Shown here: one piece after another, positions 23,739 to 33,477 of the stretch
Layout: each line of letters opens with the position of its first letter
How positions within the stretch are numbered: position 1 is the first letter of the stretch
Assembly: GCA_039808125.1 (NCBI GenBank)
Contig: JBDHSO010000003.1
Coordinates: 4,860-68,859, forward strand
Direction: 5' to 3'
Source: Rhodobacter sp.
Lineage (GTDB): Bacteria > Pseudomonadota > Alphaproteobacteria > Rhodobacterales > Rhodobacteraceae
DNA: 64,000 nucleotides
Program-made: the position numbers and the translations under genes
Notes under the pieces: generated by a model
What the model was told of the DNA's origin: nothing
What the model saw: only the letters and a program-made list of their open reading frames with translations
Databases searched by the model: none

Positions 23739-24400
23739 TGGCGGGGGTCCTTCGGGTTGCCGCCGCGCAGGGCGAATTCCATCAGCGTCACCAGCGTTTC
23801 GCGCCGGGCGGCAAGATCCGGCGCCTCGAGCAGCGCCTGCTTGTCCTCGGGCGGCAACGGCAGCAGCATCGCCGCATCGTCGATCAGCCGCGCGGCGGGC
23901 GCATCGCGCAACCCGGTTGCGGGCGCCGAAAGCCCGCGCGAATCGAGATACCGTTGCAGGAGCGAGACAAAGCCGGCACGGTCGAAGGCCGGGTCCTCCC
24001 CGGCGGGGCCAAGGTCGCGGGCGAAGGGAGTCCAATCCACCTCTGCCCGGCGATAGGGTGTGAACCCCGGCACTTCCTCGCGCAGGCGAAAGCGTGAGAT
24101 GCCGGCAAGCGCGATCATCAGCCGGCCATCCTCGGCCTCGGCGAATTCCGTCAGCCGCCCGGCGCAGCCGACGGATGCCAGTTGGGGATGCGCCGGTTCC
24201 GGCAGGCCCAGAACCTCGCGCGCCGAGATCATGCCGATCAGCCGGTGCGGGGTCTTCATGCTATCCTCGACCATCGCCAGATAGCGCGGCTCGAAGATGA
24301 AGAGCGGAATCCTGGCCCGGGGCAACAAAAGCGCCCCGGGCAGCGGGAAAAGCGGAATCCGTCCGGGCAGGTCGGCCAATCCGGGGCGCCAGGCGGACAT
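23735..24400 (-). CDS. LON peptidase substrate-binding domain protein
   Basis: [27 protein letters not shown] and KQALLEA. Confidence 0.9.
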   Translation of the reverse strand: MSAWRPGLADLPGRIPLFPLPGALLLPRARIPLFIFEPRYLAMVEDSMKTPHRLIGMISAREVLGLPEPAHPQLASVGCAGRLTEFAEAEDGRLMIALAGISRFRLREEVPGFTPYRRAEVDWTPFARDLGPAGEDPAFDRAGFVSLLQRYLDSRGLSAPATGLRDAPAARLIDDAAMLLPLPPEDKQALLEAPDLAARRETLVTLMEFALRGGNPKDPRQ

Positions 24401-24410
24401 TGCCCGGCCC

Positions 24411-25319
24411 TCAGGCGAAGATCATCGAGGACAGGCGGCGGCGTCCCTTCAGAACCACGGGATCCTGGGGCTTCAGCGCGTCGAAGATCGTCATCAACTG
24501 CGCCTTGGCCGCGCCGTCCTTCCACTCGCGGTCGCGGCGGAACAGTTCCAGCAACTGGTCGACGGCCTCGTCCACCTTGCCGCTGGCATTCAGGGTGACG
24601 GCCAGATCGAACCGGGCCTGATTGTTCGCCGGATCGGCCTCGACCGCGGCGCGCAGATCGGCCTCGGGGCCCGCATTGGCCGATTGGCGGGCCAGTTCCA
24701 GCTGCGCCCGCGCGGCCTCGATCTCTTTCGTCCGGGCCATGGCCGCGGGTGCGCCGTTCAGAAAGGCTTCGGCCTGATCGAGGTCGCCAGCCGCGATATG
24801 CGCGCGGGCAAGACCTGCATAGGCGGCCGCATTCTCCGGCTCTTCGCCCAGGATCGCGGCGAAGGTCTCGGCCGCGTCGACCGCGGCGCCCTCGGCCAGC
24901 ATTTCCTCGGCGGCGGCGATTGCATCGGCCAGCCCGCCATCGCCGGCCAGCCCGGTCAGCTTGTCGATGAAGGCCTTGATCTGCGACGCCGGCAGCGCGC
25001 CCTGAAATCCGTCGACCGGCTGGCCCTGCCAGAAGGCATAGACCGTCGGAATCGACTGGACACGCATCTGCGCGGCGATCGCCTGATTGCTGTCGACATC
25101 GATCTTCACCAGCCTGACCTTGCCCCTGGCGGCAGTGACGGCCGCTTCGAGACTCGGGCCGAGCTGCTTGCACGGGCCGCACCAGGTGGCCCAGAAATCG
25201 ACAATGACCGGCACCTCGCGCGAGGCTTCGATCACATCGGCCATGAAGCTGGCCTCGGTGCCATCCTTGATCAGGTCGGAGGCCGCCGGCGGCGCGGAAT
25301 TTTCGCCAAGTCCAAGCAT
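24411..25319 (-). CDS. cnoX: Thioredoxin-TPR chaperedoxin (YbbN/CnoX)
   Basis: DFWATWCGPCK followed by TPR helices and GRRRLSSMIFA. Confidence 0.88.
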   Translation of the reverse strand: MLGLGENSAPPAASDLIKDGTEASFMADVIEASREVPVIVDFWATWCGPCKQLGPSLEAAVTAARGKVRLVKIDVDSNQAIAAQMRVQSIPTVYAFWQGQPVDGFQGALPASQIKAFIDKLTGLAGDGGLADAIAAAEEMLAEGAAVDAAETFAAILGEEPENAAAYAGLARAHIAAGDLDQAEAFLNGAPAAMARTKEIEAARAQLELARQSANAGPEADLRAAVEADPANNQARFDLAVTLNASGKVDEAVDQLLELFRRDREWKDGAAKAQLMTIFDALKPQDPVVLKGRRRLSSMIFA

Positions 25320-25348
25320 TGGGGGTCCTCTTGTTCAGCTTTGCCCGT

Positions 25349-25377
25349 ATATGAGGCTTTCGGGCCGAAACGCCAAG
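25349..25377 (-). promoter_or_regulatory. Putative RpoH (heat shock) promoter of cnoX
   Basis: Minus strand reads CTTG-N18-CTCATAT. Confidence 0.55.
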
Positions 25378-25424
25378 GGGGCGCTTGGCCGGCAGCGCGG
25401 GGATGGCGACGGCCGGGGGCCGGC

Positions 25425-26006
25425 TCAGCCAAGGGCGGTGCAGGCAGCGTGGCGCGGGCAGGTGACAAGGTGGTCGTTCACCATCCCGGTGGCCTGCATG
25501 AAGGCATAGGTGATCGTCGGGCCGCAGAAGGTGAAACCCCGGGCCTTCAGTGCCTTCGACATTGCCCGCGATTCGGCGGTTTCGGTTGGCACCTCGGCCA
25601 GCGAGGTCCGGCCGGTCTGGATCGGCTGGCCGTCGACAAAGGACCACAGGAAGGGCGAGAAACCCTCCTTCGCCTCGATATCCAGATAGGCGCGGGCAGA
25701 GCGGATCGTGCCCTCGATCTTGCCGCGATGCCGGACGATACCGGCATCGGCCAAGAGCCTGTTCACCTCGTCCTCGCCCCAGCCGGCGATTTCCCCGGGG
25801 TGAAAGCCGCGAAAGGCCGTGCGGAAATTCTCGCGTTTTTTCAGAATGGTGATCCAGGACAACCCCGCCTGGAACCCGTCGAGCACCAGCTTTTCCCACA
25901 GGGCGCGGGGATCGCGCTCGGGCACGCCCCAGTCGGTATCGTGGTAATGGACGTAAAGCGGATCGGCGCCGCACCAGTCGCAGCGCGTTTCGGGTGTGTC
26001 GGTCAT
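25425..26006 (-). CDS. tag: DNA-3-methyladenine glycosylase I
   Basis: RCDW, YHDTDWG, FQAGLSWITIL, IVRHRGKI and NDHLVTC. Confidence 0.95.
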   Translation of the reverse strand: MTDTPETRCDWCGADPLYVHYHDTDWGVPERDPRALWEKLVLDGFQAGLSWITILKKRENFRTAFRGFHPGEIAGWGEDEVNRLLADAGIVRHRGKIEGTIRSARAYLDIEAKEGFSPFLWSFVDGQPIQTGRTSLAEVPTETAESRAMSKALKARGFTFCGPTITYAFMQATGMVNDHLVTCPRHAACTALG

Positions 26007-26111
26007 CGCAGCCCGGAAAACGTTTCGGATTTTAGGCAAATGCCAGTCGTTCAGCCCATGTTTACCGCTTTGGCACAGGATTGCCAGAGTCCGACTGCCG
26101 GGGGTGCCGGG

Positions 26112-26960
26112 ATGAGCTTTCTGCCGGGGCCGCGCAGGCCACATTTCGACGTCGACCCCGAGGTCGCCTCGCCCTTCGCCGTTGCCGCGACCGAGGTCGA
26201 ACGTGAAACGCTGACCCTGCTGCGCAACGCGCTGGATGAGGGGCGGATGCGACTGGCCTTCCAGCCGGCGGTCTATGCCGCGGATCCTTCGATCATCGGC
26301 TTTTACGAAGGGTATATCCGGCTTCTCGACCCGGCGGGGCGAGTGATACCGGCCCGCGATTTCGTCGGTATCTCCGAAACGCGCGAGATCGGCCGCGAGA
26401 TCGACGTGGCCGCCCTGCGGCTGGGTCTGTCCTGCCTGCGCCGCAATCCCGGCATCCGCGTGGCCGTGAACATCTCGGCCCGGTCCGTGGGCTATCCGCC
26501 CTGGACCCAGCTTCTGGCCGATGCCCTGCGGGCCTATCCCGAACTGGGCCGCGGCCTGATCCTGGAGATCAACGAGGCCTCTGCCATGCAGATGCCGGAC
26601 GTTCTGGTCCCCTTCATCGAGGAATGGCGCGGCGCCGGGATTGCCTTCACGCTGGACGATTTCGGCGCTTCCTTCACCTCGCTGATGCTGCTGCGCGATT
26701 TCGGCTTCGACATCGCCAAGATCGACGGTCAGTTCATCCGCGGCTGCGACCATGACACTGCGGCGCAACTGATCGTTCGCGCCGCCGGCGCCCTCGCGCG
26801 CGAGTTCGACATGTTCCTCGTGGCCGAGGCGGTTGAAACCATGGCCGAGGCGGACTGGCTGGCGGCTCAGGGCGTCGGATGCCTCCAGGGCTACCTGTTC
26901 GGCCGGCCGGAAGTGACCCCCGATTTCAGCCTGTTTCGCCGCGGGAGAGAGGCGGCCTGA
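26112..26960 (+). CDS. Stand-alone EAL domain protein
   Basis: LAFQP, EGYIRL (EAL variant), NIS, EINE, LDDFG, KIDGQF, AEAVE and LQGYLFGRP. Confidence 0.85.
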   Translation: MSFLPGPRRPHFDVDPEVASPFAVAATEVERETLTLLRNALDEGRMRLAFQPAVYAADPSIIGFYEGYIRLLDPAGRVIPARDFVGISETREIGREIDVAALRLGLSCLRRNPGIRVAVNISARSVGYPPWTQLLADALRAYPELGRGLILEINEASAMQMPDVLVPFIEEWRGAGIAFTLDDFGASFTSLMLLRDFGFDIAKIDGQFIRGCDHDTAAQLIVRAAGALAREFDMFLVAEAVETMAEADWLAAQGVGCLQGYLFGRPEVTPDFSLFRRGREAA

Positions 26961-26991
26961 ACCGGCGCCGCTGCCGTTGCGGCAAAACCTG

Positions 26992-27004
26992 GCTGCACCG
27001 CAGC
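26992..27004. promoter_or_regulatory. Putative PhaR site upstream of phaA
   Basis: GCTGC-ACC-GCAGC matches the CTGC-N3/4-GCAG PhaR motif. Confidence 0.45.
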
Positions 27005-27094
27005 AATCCTCGACGCAACAAACTTGCGATTCTGCCCCTGATCGCCTAGGCCAGTTGGGGCGCGCGGGCGCGCTGCCGTTTGGGAGAGCATCAC

Positions 27095-28270
27095 ATGACC
27101 AATGTCGTAATCGTTTCGGCGGGGCGGACCCCCGTGGGCAACTTCAACGGGTCGTTCGCCAACACCCCCGCGCATGAGCTTGGCGCCAGCGTGATCGCGG
27201 CCGTCTGTGAGCGCGCCGGCGTGGACAAGGCCGACGTCGAGGAAGCGATCCTCGGCCAGGTGCTGACGGCCGGCGAGGGCCAGAACCCTGCCCGCCAGGC
27301 CGCCATCCTTGCCGGCCTGCCGAAAGAGGCCAGCGCCTGGAGCATCAATCAGGTCTGCGGTTCGGGCCTGCGGACGGTCGCGCTGGCCGCGCAGCATGTG
27401 CAGCTGGGCGATGCGCGGATCGTCGTCGCCGGTGGCCAGGAATCCATGTCGCTGTCGCCCCATGTCGCGCATCTGCGCACGGGCACCAAGATGGGCGACA
27501 TGAAGATGATCGACTCGATGATCAAGGACGGCCTCTGGGATGCCTTCAACGGCTATCACATGGGCCAGACCGCCGAGAACGTCGCCGCCCAATGGCAGAT
27601 CACCCGCGAGCAGCAGGACGAATTCGCGCTTGCCAGCCAGAACAAGGCCGAAGCCGCCCAGAAGGCCGGAAAGTTCAAGGACGAGATCGTCCCCTACACC
27701 GTCAAGTCGCGCAAGGGCGACACCGTGGTCGATGCCGATGAATACATCCGCCACGGCGCGACGCTGGAAGGGATGCAGAAGCTGAAGCCGGCCTTCATGA
27801 AGGACGGCACCGTCACGGCCGGCAACGCCAGCGGCATCAACGATGGCGCGGCCGCCGTCCTGCTGATGACCGAGGAAGAGGCGGCGAAACGCGGGCTGAA
27901 GCCGCTTGCGCGGATCGCCTCCTATGCGACGGCCGGGCTTGATCCCGCGATCATGGGCGTCGGCCCGATCTTCGCCAGCCGCAAGGCGCTGACGAAAGCG
28001 GGCTGGAAGGTCGCCGATCTCGATCTGATCGAGGCGAACGAGGCCTTTGCCGCCCAGGCCCTTGCGGTAAACAAGGACATGGGCTGGGATCCGGCAAAGG
28101 TGAACGTGAACGGCGGCGCCATTGCCATCGGCCATCCGATCGGTGCCAGCGGCGCGCGCATCCTGAACACGCTCCTGTTCGAGATGAACCGTTCGGGTGC
28201 GAAGAAGGGCCTCGCCACGCTTTGCATCGGTGGCGGCATGGGCGTGGCCATGTGTGTCGAAGGGCTGTAA
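27095..28270 (+). CDS. phaA: Acetyl-CoA C-acetyltransferase (beta-ketothiolase)
   Basis: [23 protein letters not shown] and LCIGGGMG. Confidence 0.95.
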   Translation: MTNVVIVSAGRTPVGNFNGSFANTPAHELGASVIAAVCERAGVDKADVEEAILGQVLTAGEGQNPARQAAILAGLPKEASAWSINQVCGSGLRTVALAAQHVQLGDARIVVAGGQESMSLSPHVAHLRTGTKMGDMKMIDSMIKDGLWDAFNGYHMGQTAENVAAQWQITREQQDEFALASQNKAEAAQKAGKFKDEIVPYTVKSRKGDTVVDADEYIRHGATLEGMQKLKPAFMKDGTVTAGNASGINDGAAAVLLMTEEEAAKRGLKPLARIASYATAGLDPAIMGVGPIFASRKALTKAGWKVADLDLIEANEAFAAQALAVNKDMGWDPAKVNVNGGAIAIGHPIGASGARILNTLLFEMNRSGAKKGLATLCIGGGMGVAMCVEGL

Positions 28271-28295
28271 TCAAAAAGCCGGACCGGATTCTTGG

Positions 28296-28326
28296 GGGCG
28301 TGCGCGGTTGCGCACGCCCTTTTTTT
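28296..28326 (+). terminator. Intrinsic terminator between phaA and phaB
   Basis: GGGCGTGCGC-GGTT-GCGCACGCCC followed by T7. Confidence 0.8.
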
Positions 28327-28569
28327 CATGCTGTCAGACGGCAGGCAGGGCCGGGGACGGCAGGTCCGGTCCATGTTTCCGACGCAACCGAAGGGACCTA
28401 TGCGCCGGCACTGGCCGGCGTTATGCTGGAACAGGCCGCATGGCGCCGCGCGGGATCAGGGGTCGGGAAAGAGTAATTTTGCTGCTATGGCAAAATAGTT
28501 GGCGCAATAATATTGCGCATGAAATCGCCGTTCGTTAGCAAGGTCGATAGAGACTTCGAGGAGGGAATC

Positions 28570-29295
28570 ATGTCGAGGGTTGCACTTGTCACCGGGGGGT
28601 CGCGCGGGATCGGCGCTGCAATTTCGGTTGCGCTGAAGGTCGCGGGCTACAACGTGGCGGCCAACTACGCGGGCAATGACGAGGCCGCGGCCGCATTCAC
28701 GGCCGAGACCGGCATCCCGACCTACAAATGGTCGGTCGCAGATTACGAGGCCTGCAAGGCCGGTGCCGCCCAGGTCGAGGCCGACCTGGGCCCGATTGCG
28801 GTTCTGGTGAACAATGCCGGCATCACCCGCGACTCGATGTTCCACAAGATGACGCCGCAGCAGTGGAAAGAGGTCATCGATACCAACCTTTCCGGCCTGT
28901 TCAACATGACCCATCCGCTCTGGTCGGGCATGCGGGACCGCAAGTTCGGGCGCGTCATCAACATCAGTTCGATCAACGGCCAGAAGGGGCAGGCCGGCCA
29001 GGCGAACTATTCTGCGGCCAAGGCCGGCGACCTGGGCTTCACCAAGGCGCTGGCGCAGGAAGGTGCGCGCGCCGGGATCACCGTGAACGCGATCTGCCCG
29101 GGCTACATCGGCACCGAAATGGTGAAGGCCATCGACGAGAAAGTGCTGAAGGAACGCATCATCCCGCTGATCCCCGTCGGTCGCCTGGGCGAGCCGGAAG
29201 AGATCGCGCGCTGCGTGGTCTTCCTGGCCTCCGACGACGCCGGTTTCGTCACCGGCTCGACCATTTCGGCCAACGGCGGCCAGTTCGTCGTCTGA
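28570..29295 (+). CDS. phaB: Acetoacetyl-CoA reductase
   Basis: TGGSRGIG, NNAGITRD, SSINGQKGQAGQANYSAAK. Confidence 0.95.
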   Translation: MSRVALVTGGSRGIGAAISVALKVAGYNVAANYAGNDEAAAAFTAETGIPTYKWSVADYEACKAGAAQVEADLGPIAVLVNNAGITRDSMFHKMTPQQWKEVIDTNLSGLFNMTHPLWSGMRDRKFGRVINISSINGQKGQAGQANYSAAKAGDLGFTKALAQEGARAGITVNAICPGYIGTEMVKAIDEKVLKERIIPLIPVGRLGEPEEIARCVVFLASDDAGFVTGSTISANGGQFVV

Positions 29296-29447
29296 CAATC
29301 ACTGACCTGGCCCGGTGCGGCAAGGGCGGTCCTTGACGGGGCCGCCCCTGTTTTCTTGCGCCACTCGGCATCCCGGCGCCCCGTGTCGTTTCGCAGGGGT
29401 TGCGCCGGATGCGGGCTTGCGTCAGTCAGGGCGCGGCGGAGGATTTC

Positions 29448-30296
29448 ATGACACGCAACCGGGCGACGATCATTGGCAGTACCGCCATCCTGATGTGGGC
29501 GCTTCTGGCGTTCCTGACCATCAGATCGGAACCCGTGCCGCCGTTTCTTCTCTCGGCCCTGAGCTTCGGGGTGGGCGGGATGATCGGGCTGGTCTGGACG
29601 GCCCGCACCGGGCTCGCGGTGCTGCGAACGGTGTCCTGGAAGGTCTATGCCTTCGGAACGGCGGGGTTGTTCGGCTATCACTTCCTCTATTTCACCGCCT
29701 TCCGCATCGCACCGGCGGCGGAGACCGGGCTCATCGCCTATCTCTGGCCATTGTTCATCGTGCTGTTCTCGGGCCTTCTGCCGGGGGAGCGGTTGCTCCC
29801 TCGTCATGTGGTCGGCGCGCTGATCGCCTTTGCCGGCGCCGCGCTGATTGTGCTGGGGCGGGGCGGAGAGGGCGCGGCCTCCCCGCTGGGGCTGGTGTTG
29901 GCCTTCGGCTGCGCGCTGACCTGGGCGGCCTATTCGATCCTGTCGCGGCGGCTGGGCAACGTGCCGACCGAAAGCGTGACCGTCTTTTGTCTGGCCACCG
30001 CAGCCCTGTCCTTGCTGGCGCATCTGGCACTGGAGCCGACGCTGTGGCCCACCGAGGCGAAAGGCTGGATTTCCGTATTTCTTCTGGGGCTTGGCCCGGT
30101 CGGCGCCGCCTTCTTTACCTGGGATATCGGGATGAAGAAAGGCGACATCCAGCTTCTGGGTGTCGCCTCCTATGCCGCGCCGTTGCTTTCCACCTTCGTC
30201 CTCATCTGGGCCGGGATCGCAAAACCCAGCCTGTCTCTGGCTGTGGCGGCGTTGCTGATCACCGGCGGTGCGGCGCTGGCGGCAAGAAAAGGTTAA
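29448..30296 (+). CDS. DMT/EamA exporter, YddG-like
   Basis: AILMWALLA, YLWPLFIV and WDIGMKKGD. Confidence 0.85.
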   Translation: MTRNRATIIGSTAILMWALLAFLTIRSEPVPPFLLSALSFGVGGMIGLVWTARTGLAVLRTVSWKVYAFGTAGLFGYHFLYFTAFRIAPAAETGLIAYLWPLFIVLFSGLLPGERLLPRHVVGALIAFAGAALIVLGRGGEGAASPLGLVLAFGCALTWAAYSILSRRLGNVPTESVTVFCLATAALSLLAHLALEPTLWPTEAKGWISVFLLGLGPVGAAFFTWDIGMKKGDIQLLGVASYAAPLLSTFVLIWAGIAKPSLSLAVAALLITGGAALAARKG

Positions 30297-30463
30297 TGTG
30301 TCTGGCTCAGCCTCGCGATTTCTTCCTTGAGCTTCAGTTTCTGTCTTTTCCATTCGGCGATCTGCAGATCATCCATGCCGGGGCTGCGTTGCGCCTTTTC
30401 GACCATGTCCGAGAGGGTTTCGTGCTTCTTCCGAAGTTCCGCAAGATGCGAAGCCATCGTCAT
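30293..30463 (-). CDS. DUF465/YdcH family small coiled-coil protein
   Basis: SHLAELRKKH...KRQKLKLKEEI with SD ACAGGAGG. Confidence 0.85.
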   Translation of the reverse strand: MTMASHLAELRKKHETLSDMVEKAQRSPGMDDLQIAEWKRQKLKLKEEIARLSQTH

Positions 30464-30575
30464 GTTCGTCCTCCTGTTTCGTGACACTCAACAAGATCAG
30501 TGCATCACGGAACGTGAGTCGTGTCACTTGCCTTTCGCCGGATGCCGGCGAAATCAGCCAAGGATCTGTTGAAAA

Positions 30576-31337
30576 TCAGCCGAATCGAGCCGAAAGCGAT
30601 GCGCCGTCGCGTAAAATTGCATTGGCCTCGGTTGTGTAATGTTCGCGGTCGCCCAGATGCGCGGCGCCTTCGTGAATGATCAGCGGGGCCAGCAGGCGGA
30701 AGGCCGCGCGGCCGCCCTTGCGCGCGCGCAGGATCACCCGCAGCGCCGGCCGGCCGGATCGTGCGGCAAGCGGCAGGACGGCGGCCGAGCCGAGCTTGGG
30801 CGCCAGCGCGCCCAGCATGTCCGGCAGGCTGTCGGCGCCGGCGATCAGCGTCAGCCAGCCGCCGGGCGCCAGTCGCCGGGCGGCGGCGGCGATCCAGGCC
30901 GAAACCGGCAGGTCGATCTGCATCGCCGTGGCCCGAACGGCCACGGGCGAGGGCGTGCCGCCCGGCGGATACCACGGCGGGTTGGCGATCACCTGATCGA
31001 AATCGCGGCGCAGGGCCGCGGGCATTCGCGCCAGATCGCCCTCATGCACCGCGACCGCCATGCCATTGCGCGCAGCGTTCCGGCGGGCGAGATCGGCATA
31101 TTCCGGTTGCAGTTCCAGCCCGGCCAGCCGCAGATCCGGCACCCTCGCCGCCAGGCACAGCGTTGCAGCCCCCGCGCCGCATCCGATGTCGAGGACGCTT
31201 TCGCCGGGCCGGGCCGGGCAGGCGGCCGCCAGCAGCACCGCATCGGTCGCGGCACGATAGCCCTTTTGCGGTTGCAGCAGGCGCAACCGGCCGCAGAGGA
31301 AGCTGTCGTCGGACAGGGCATCCTCGGCGAAGGTCAC
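30576..31337 (-). CDS. tRNA1(Val) A37 N6-methyltransferase family (YfiC/TrmN6)
   Basis: GYRAATDAVLL, LDIGCGAG and IANPPW. Confidence 0.85.
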   Translation of the reverse strand: MTFAEDALSDDSFLCGRLRLLQPQKGYRAATDAVLLAAACPARPGESVLDIGCGAGAATLCLAARVPDLRLAGLELQPEYADLARRNAARNGMAVAVHEGDLARMPAALRRDFDQVIANPPWYPPGGTPSPVAVRATAMQIDLPVSAWIAAAARRLAPGGWLTLIAGADSLPDMLGALAPKLGSAAVLPLAARSGRPALRVILRARKGGRAAFRLLAPLIIHEGAAHLGDREHYTTEANAILRDGASLSARFG

Positions 31338-31549
31338 GCGCTGGGCTCCACCCCGTTGTCGCGCAGGATGGCGCTGGCCATGAAGTGATCGCGGTCAGCC
31401 ACCATCAACCGCCGCGGCAATGCGCCGATGCCGCCATCGAGGATGCTCATGTGGACGTCGAGCGGGAAGGCCGCTATACCCTCGCCCTCAAGTAGGGCCG
31501 TGGCGAAGGCGATCACCGTGGGGTCGGTCGTGCGCAGAAGCTCTCTCAT
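31334..31549 (-). CDS. DUF2007 domain protein
   Basis: MRELLRTTDP...LLEGEGI...DVHMSILDG..G..PRRLMV. Confidence 0.8.
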   Translation of the reverse strand: MRELLRTTDPTVIAFATALLEGEGIAAFPLDVHMSILDGGIGALPRRLMVADRDHFMASAILRDNGVEPSA

Positions 31550-31614
31550 GGCAATGACGTAGCCGGCCGGGGCCTTGCAGGCAAGGGCGGCGGGCGCGGG
31601 GCGGAAACCGGGGG

Positions 31615-32628
31615 TTGACGATGGACGGCGGGGCGGAACAGGCAAAAGGGCCGCAGGACCGGCTGGCCGAGGCTCTGGCCGAGGACATGGCCGCGGTCAA
31701 CCGCATCATCCGCGCGCGGATGGCCAGTGAACACGCCCCCCGGATCCCCGAGGTGACGGCCCACCTGATCGAAGCCGGCGGCAAGCGGTTGCGGCCGATG
31801 CTGGTGCTGGCCGCGGCGCATCTGTGCGGAATCGCTGGCGGCGAGGATCACCGCAAGCTGGCGGCGACGGTGGAATTCATCCATACCGCCACATTGCTGC
31901 ATGACGATGTGGTGGATGAAAGCCGGCAGCGCCGCGGCCGTCCGACGGCGAATCTGCTCTGGGACAACAAGTCGAGCGTCCTTGTCGGCGACTATCTTTT
32001 CGCCCGGGCCTTCCAGCTGATGGTGGAGCCGGGAAACCTGCGGGTGCTCGACATCCTGGCCAATGCCAGCGCGACGATTGCCGAGGGCGAGGTGCTGCAA
32101 CTGACCGCGGCGCAGGATCTGGCAACGAGCGAGGAGATCTACCTCAGGGTCGTGCGGGGCAAGACGGCGGCACTGTTTTCGGCGGCGACAGAGGCGGGGG
32201 CGGTGATCGCGGGGGCCGGGGATGCACCCGTGCGGGCGCTCTACAACTATGGCGATGCGCTGGGGATTGCCTTCCAGATTGCCGACGACCTCCTCGACTA
32301 TGGCGGAACCAGTGCCGCGACCGGCAAGAATGTCGGCGATGATTTCCGCGAGCGCAAGCTGACGCTGCCGGTGATCAAGGCGGTGGCGAAGGCCGATGCC
32401 GATGAGCGCGCCTTCTGGGTGCGGGTGATCGAAAAGGGCGATCAGCGCGAGGGCGATCTCGAACGCGCGCAGGAGATCATGGCCCGCCATGGCGCGCTGG
32501 AGGCGGCGCGGACCGATGCGATGGGCTGGTCGGCGCGCGCGCGCGCAGCGCTGTCGGTGTTTCCCGATCATCCCCTGCGCGGGATGCTGGACGACCTTGC
32601 CGATTTCGTGGTGGCGCGGATCGCCTGA
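31615..32628 (+). CDS. ispB: Long-chain (decaprenyl) polyprenyl diphosphate synthase
   Basis: GGKRLRP, LLHDDVVD, RRG and FQIADDLLD. Confidence 0.92.
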   Translation: MTMDGGAEQAKGPQDRLAEALAEDMAAVNRIIRARMASEHAPRIPEVTAHLIEAGGKRLRPMLVLAAAHLCGIAGGEDHRKLAATVEFIHTATLLHDDVVDESRQRRGRPTANLLWDNKSSVLVGDYLFARAFQLMVEPGNLRVLDILANASATIAEGEVLQLTAAQDLATSEEIYLRVVRGKTAALFSAATEAGAVIAGAGDAPVRALYNYGDALGIAFQIADDLLDYGGTSAATGKNVGDDFRERKLTLPVIKAVAKADADERAFWVRVIEKGDQREGDLERAQEIMARHGALEAARTDAMGWSARARAALSVFPDHPLRGMLDDLADFVVARIA

Positions 32629-32652
32629 CCGGCGCGACCGGCAGACCGGCCG

Positions 32653-33477
32653 TCAGTCGAGTGACGGGGCTGCAACCACCCACCAGTCGGCGCGCGCGCG
32701 GGCAAGGCCGGAGGCCGCGGCCCGCGCCGCGGCTTCGGTGGCGAACAGTCCGAAAACGGTGGCACCGCTGCCCGACATGCGGGCGAGAAAGCAGCCGGAG
32801 GCGGCGGCCAGCGCCGCGCGCGCCTCGGCAATGACCGGGGCCATGGCCATGGCCGGCGGTTCAAGGTCGTTTCGGGTGGTGGCGAGATAGCCGGCCAGCG
32901 CCCCGGCATCCGGCAGGGCCGGCAGCGGCGGCAGCGGCGGGTTGTCCTTGCGCGCCAGCGCCCGGAACACGGCCGGGGTCGACACCGCCACGCGGGGATT
33001 GGCCAGAACCAGCCAGAACGGCGGCAGGGTGACGGGATGCACCCGCTCGCCCACCCCCGTCATCCGGGCCGGCCGGCCCGTCAGGCAGATCGGCACGTCG
33101 GCGCCAAGGGTCAGAATGGCCTCGGGTCCGGGCAGCGGGCGGCCAAGGCGGGCCATGGCGCGCAGCGTGGCCGCGGCATCGGCCGAGCCGCCACCGATGC
33201 CAGAGGCTACCGGCAGGTGCTTGTCCAGCGTGATACGGACCCCGCCGCCCATGGCGCGCGCCGCGGCGAGGCAAAGGTTGTCATCGGCGACCGGCAGGCT
33301 GGCCGCGCCGGGGCCGGTGATGGCAAGGCCGGTTCCGGGGGCCACCGCCACCCGGTCACCGGTGCCGGCAAAGACCACGAGGCTGTCGAGAAGATGGTAG
33401 CCGTCGCCGCGCTGCCCGGTCACATGCAACGCGAGATTCACCTTGGCCGGCGCAAATTCGCCCGCGTCAATTGCCAT
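32653..33477 (-). CDS. ispE: 4-(cytidine 5'-diphospho)-2-C-methyl-D-erythritol kinase
   Basis: [25 protein letters not shown] and RMSGSG. Confidence 0.95.
   Translation of the reverse strand: MAIDAGEFAPAKVNLALHVTGQRGDGYHLLDSLVVFAGTGDRVAVAPGTGLAITGPGAASLPVADDNLCLAAARAMGGGVRITLDKHLPVASGIGGGSADAAATLRAMARLGRPLPGPEAILTLGADVPICLTGRPARMTGVGERVHPVTLPPFWLVLANPRVAVSTPAVFRALARKDNPPLPPLPALPDAGALAGYLATTRNDLEPPAMAMAPVIAEARAALAAASGCFLARMSGSGATVFGLFATEAAARAAASGLARARADWWVVAAPSLD

Noticed and set aside
24297-26960. 887-aa plus-strand ORF ending in an EAL domain
   Set aside because: The N-terminal part is antisense to cnoX and tag. The real gene starts near 26112.
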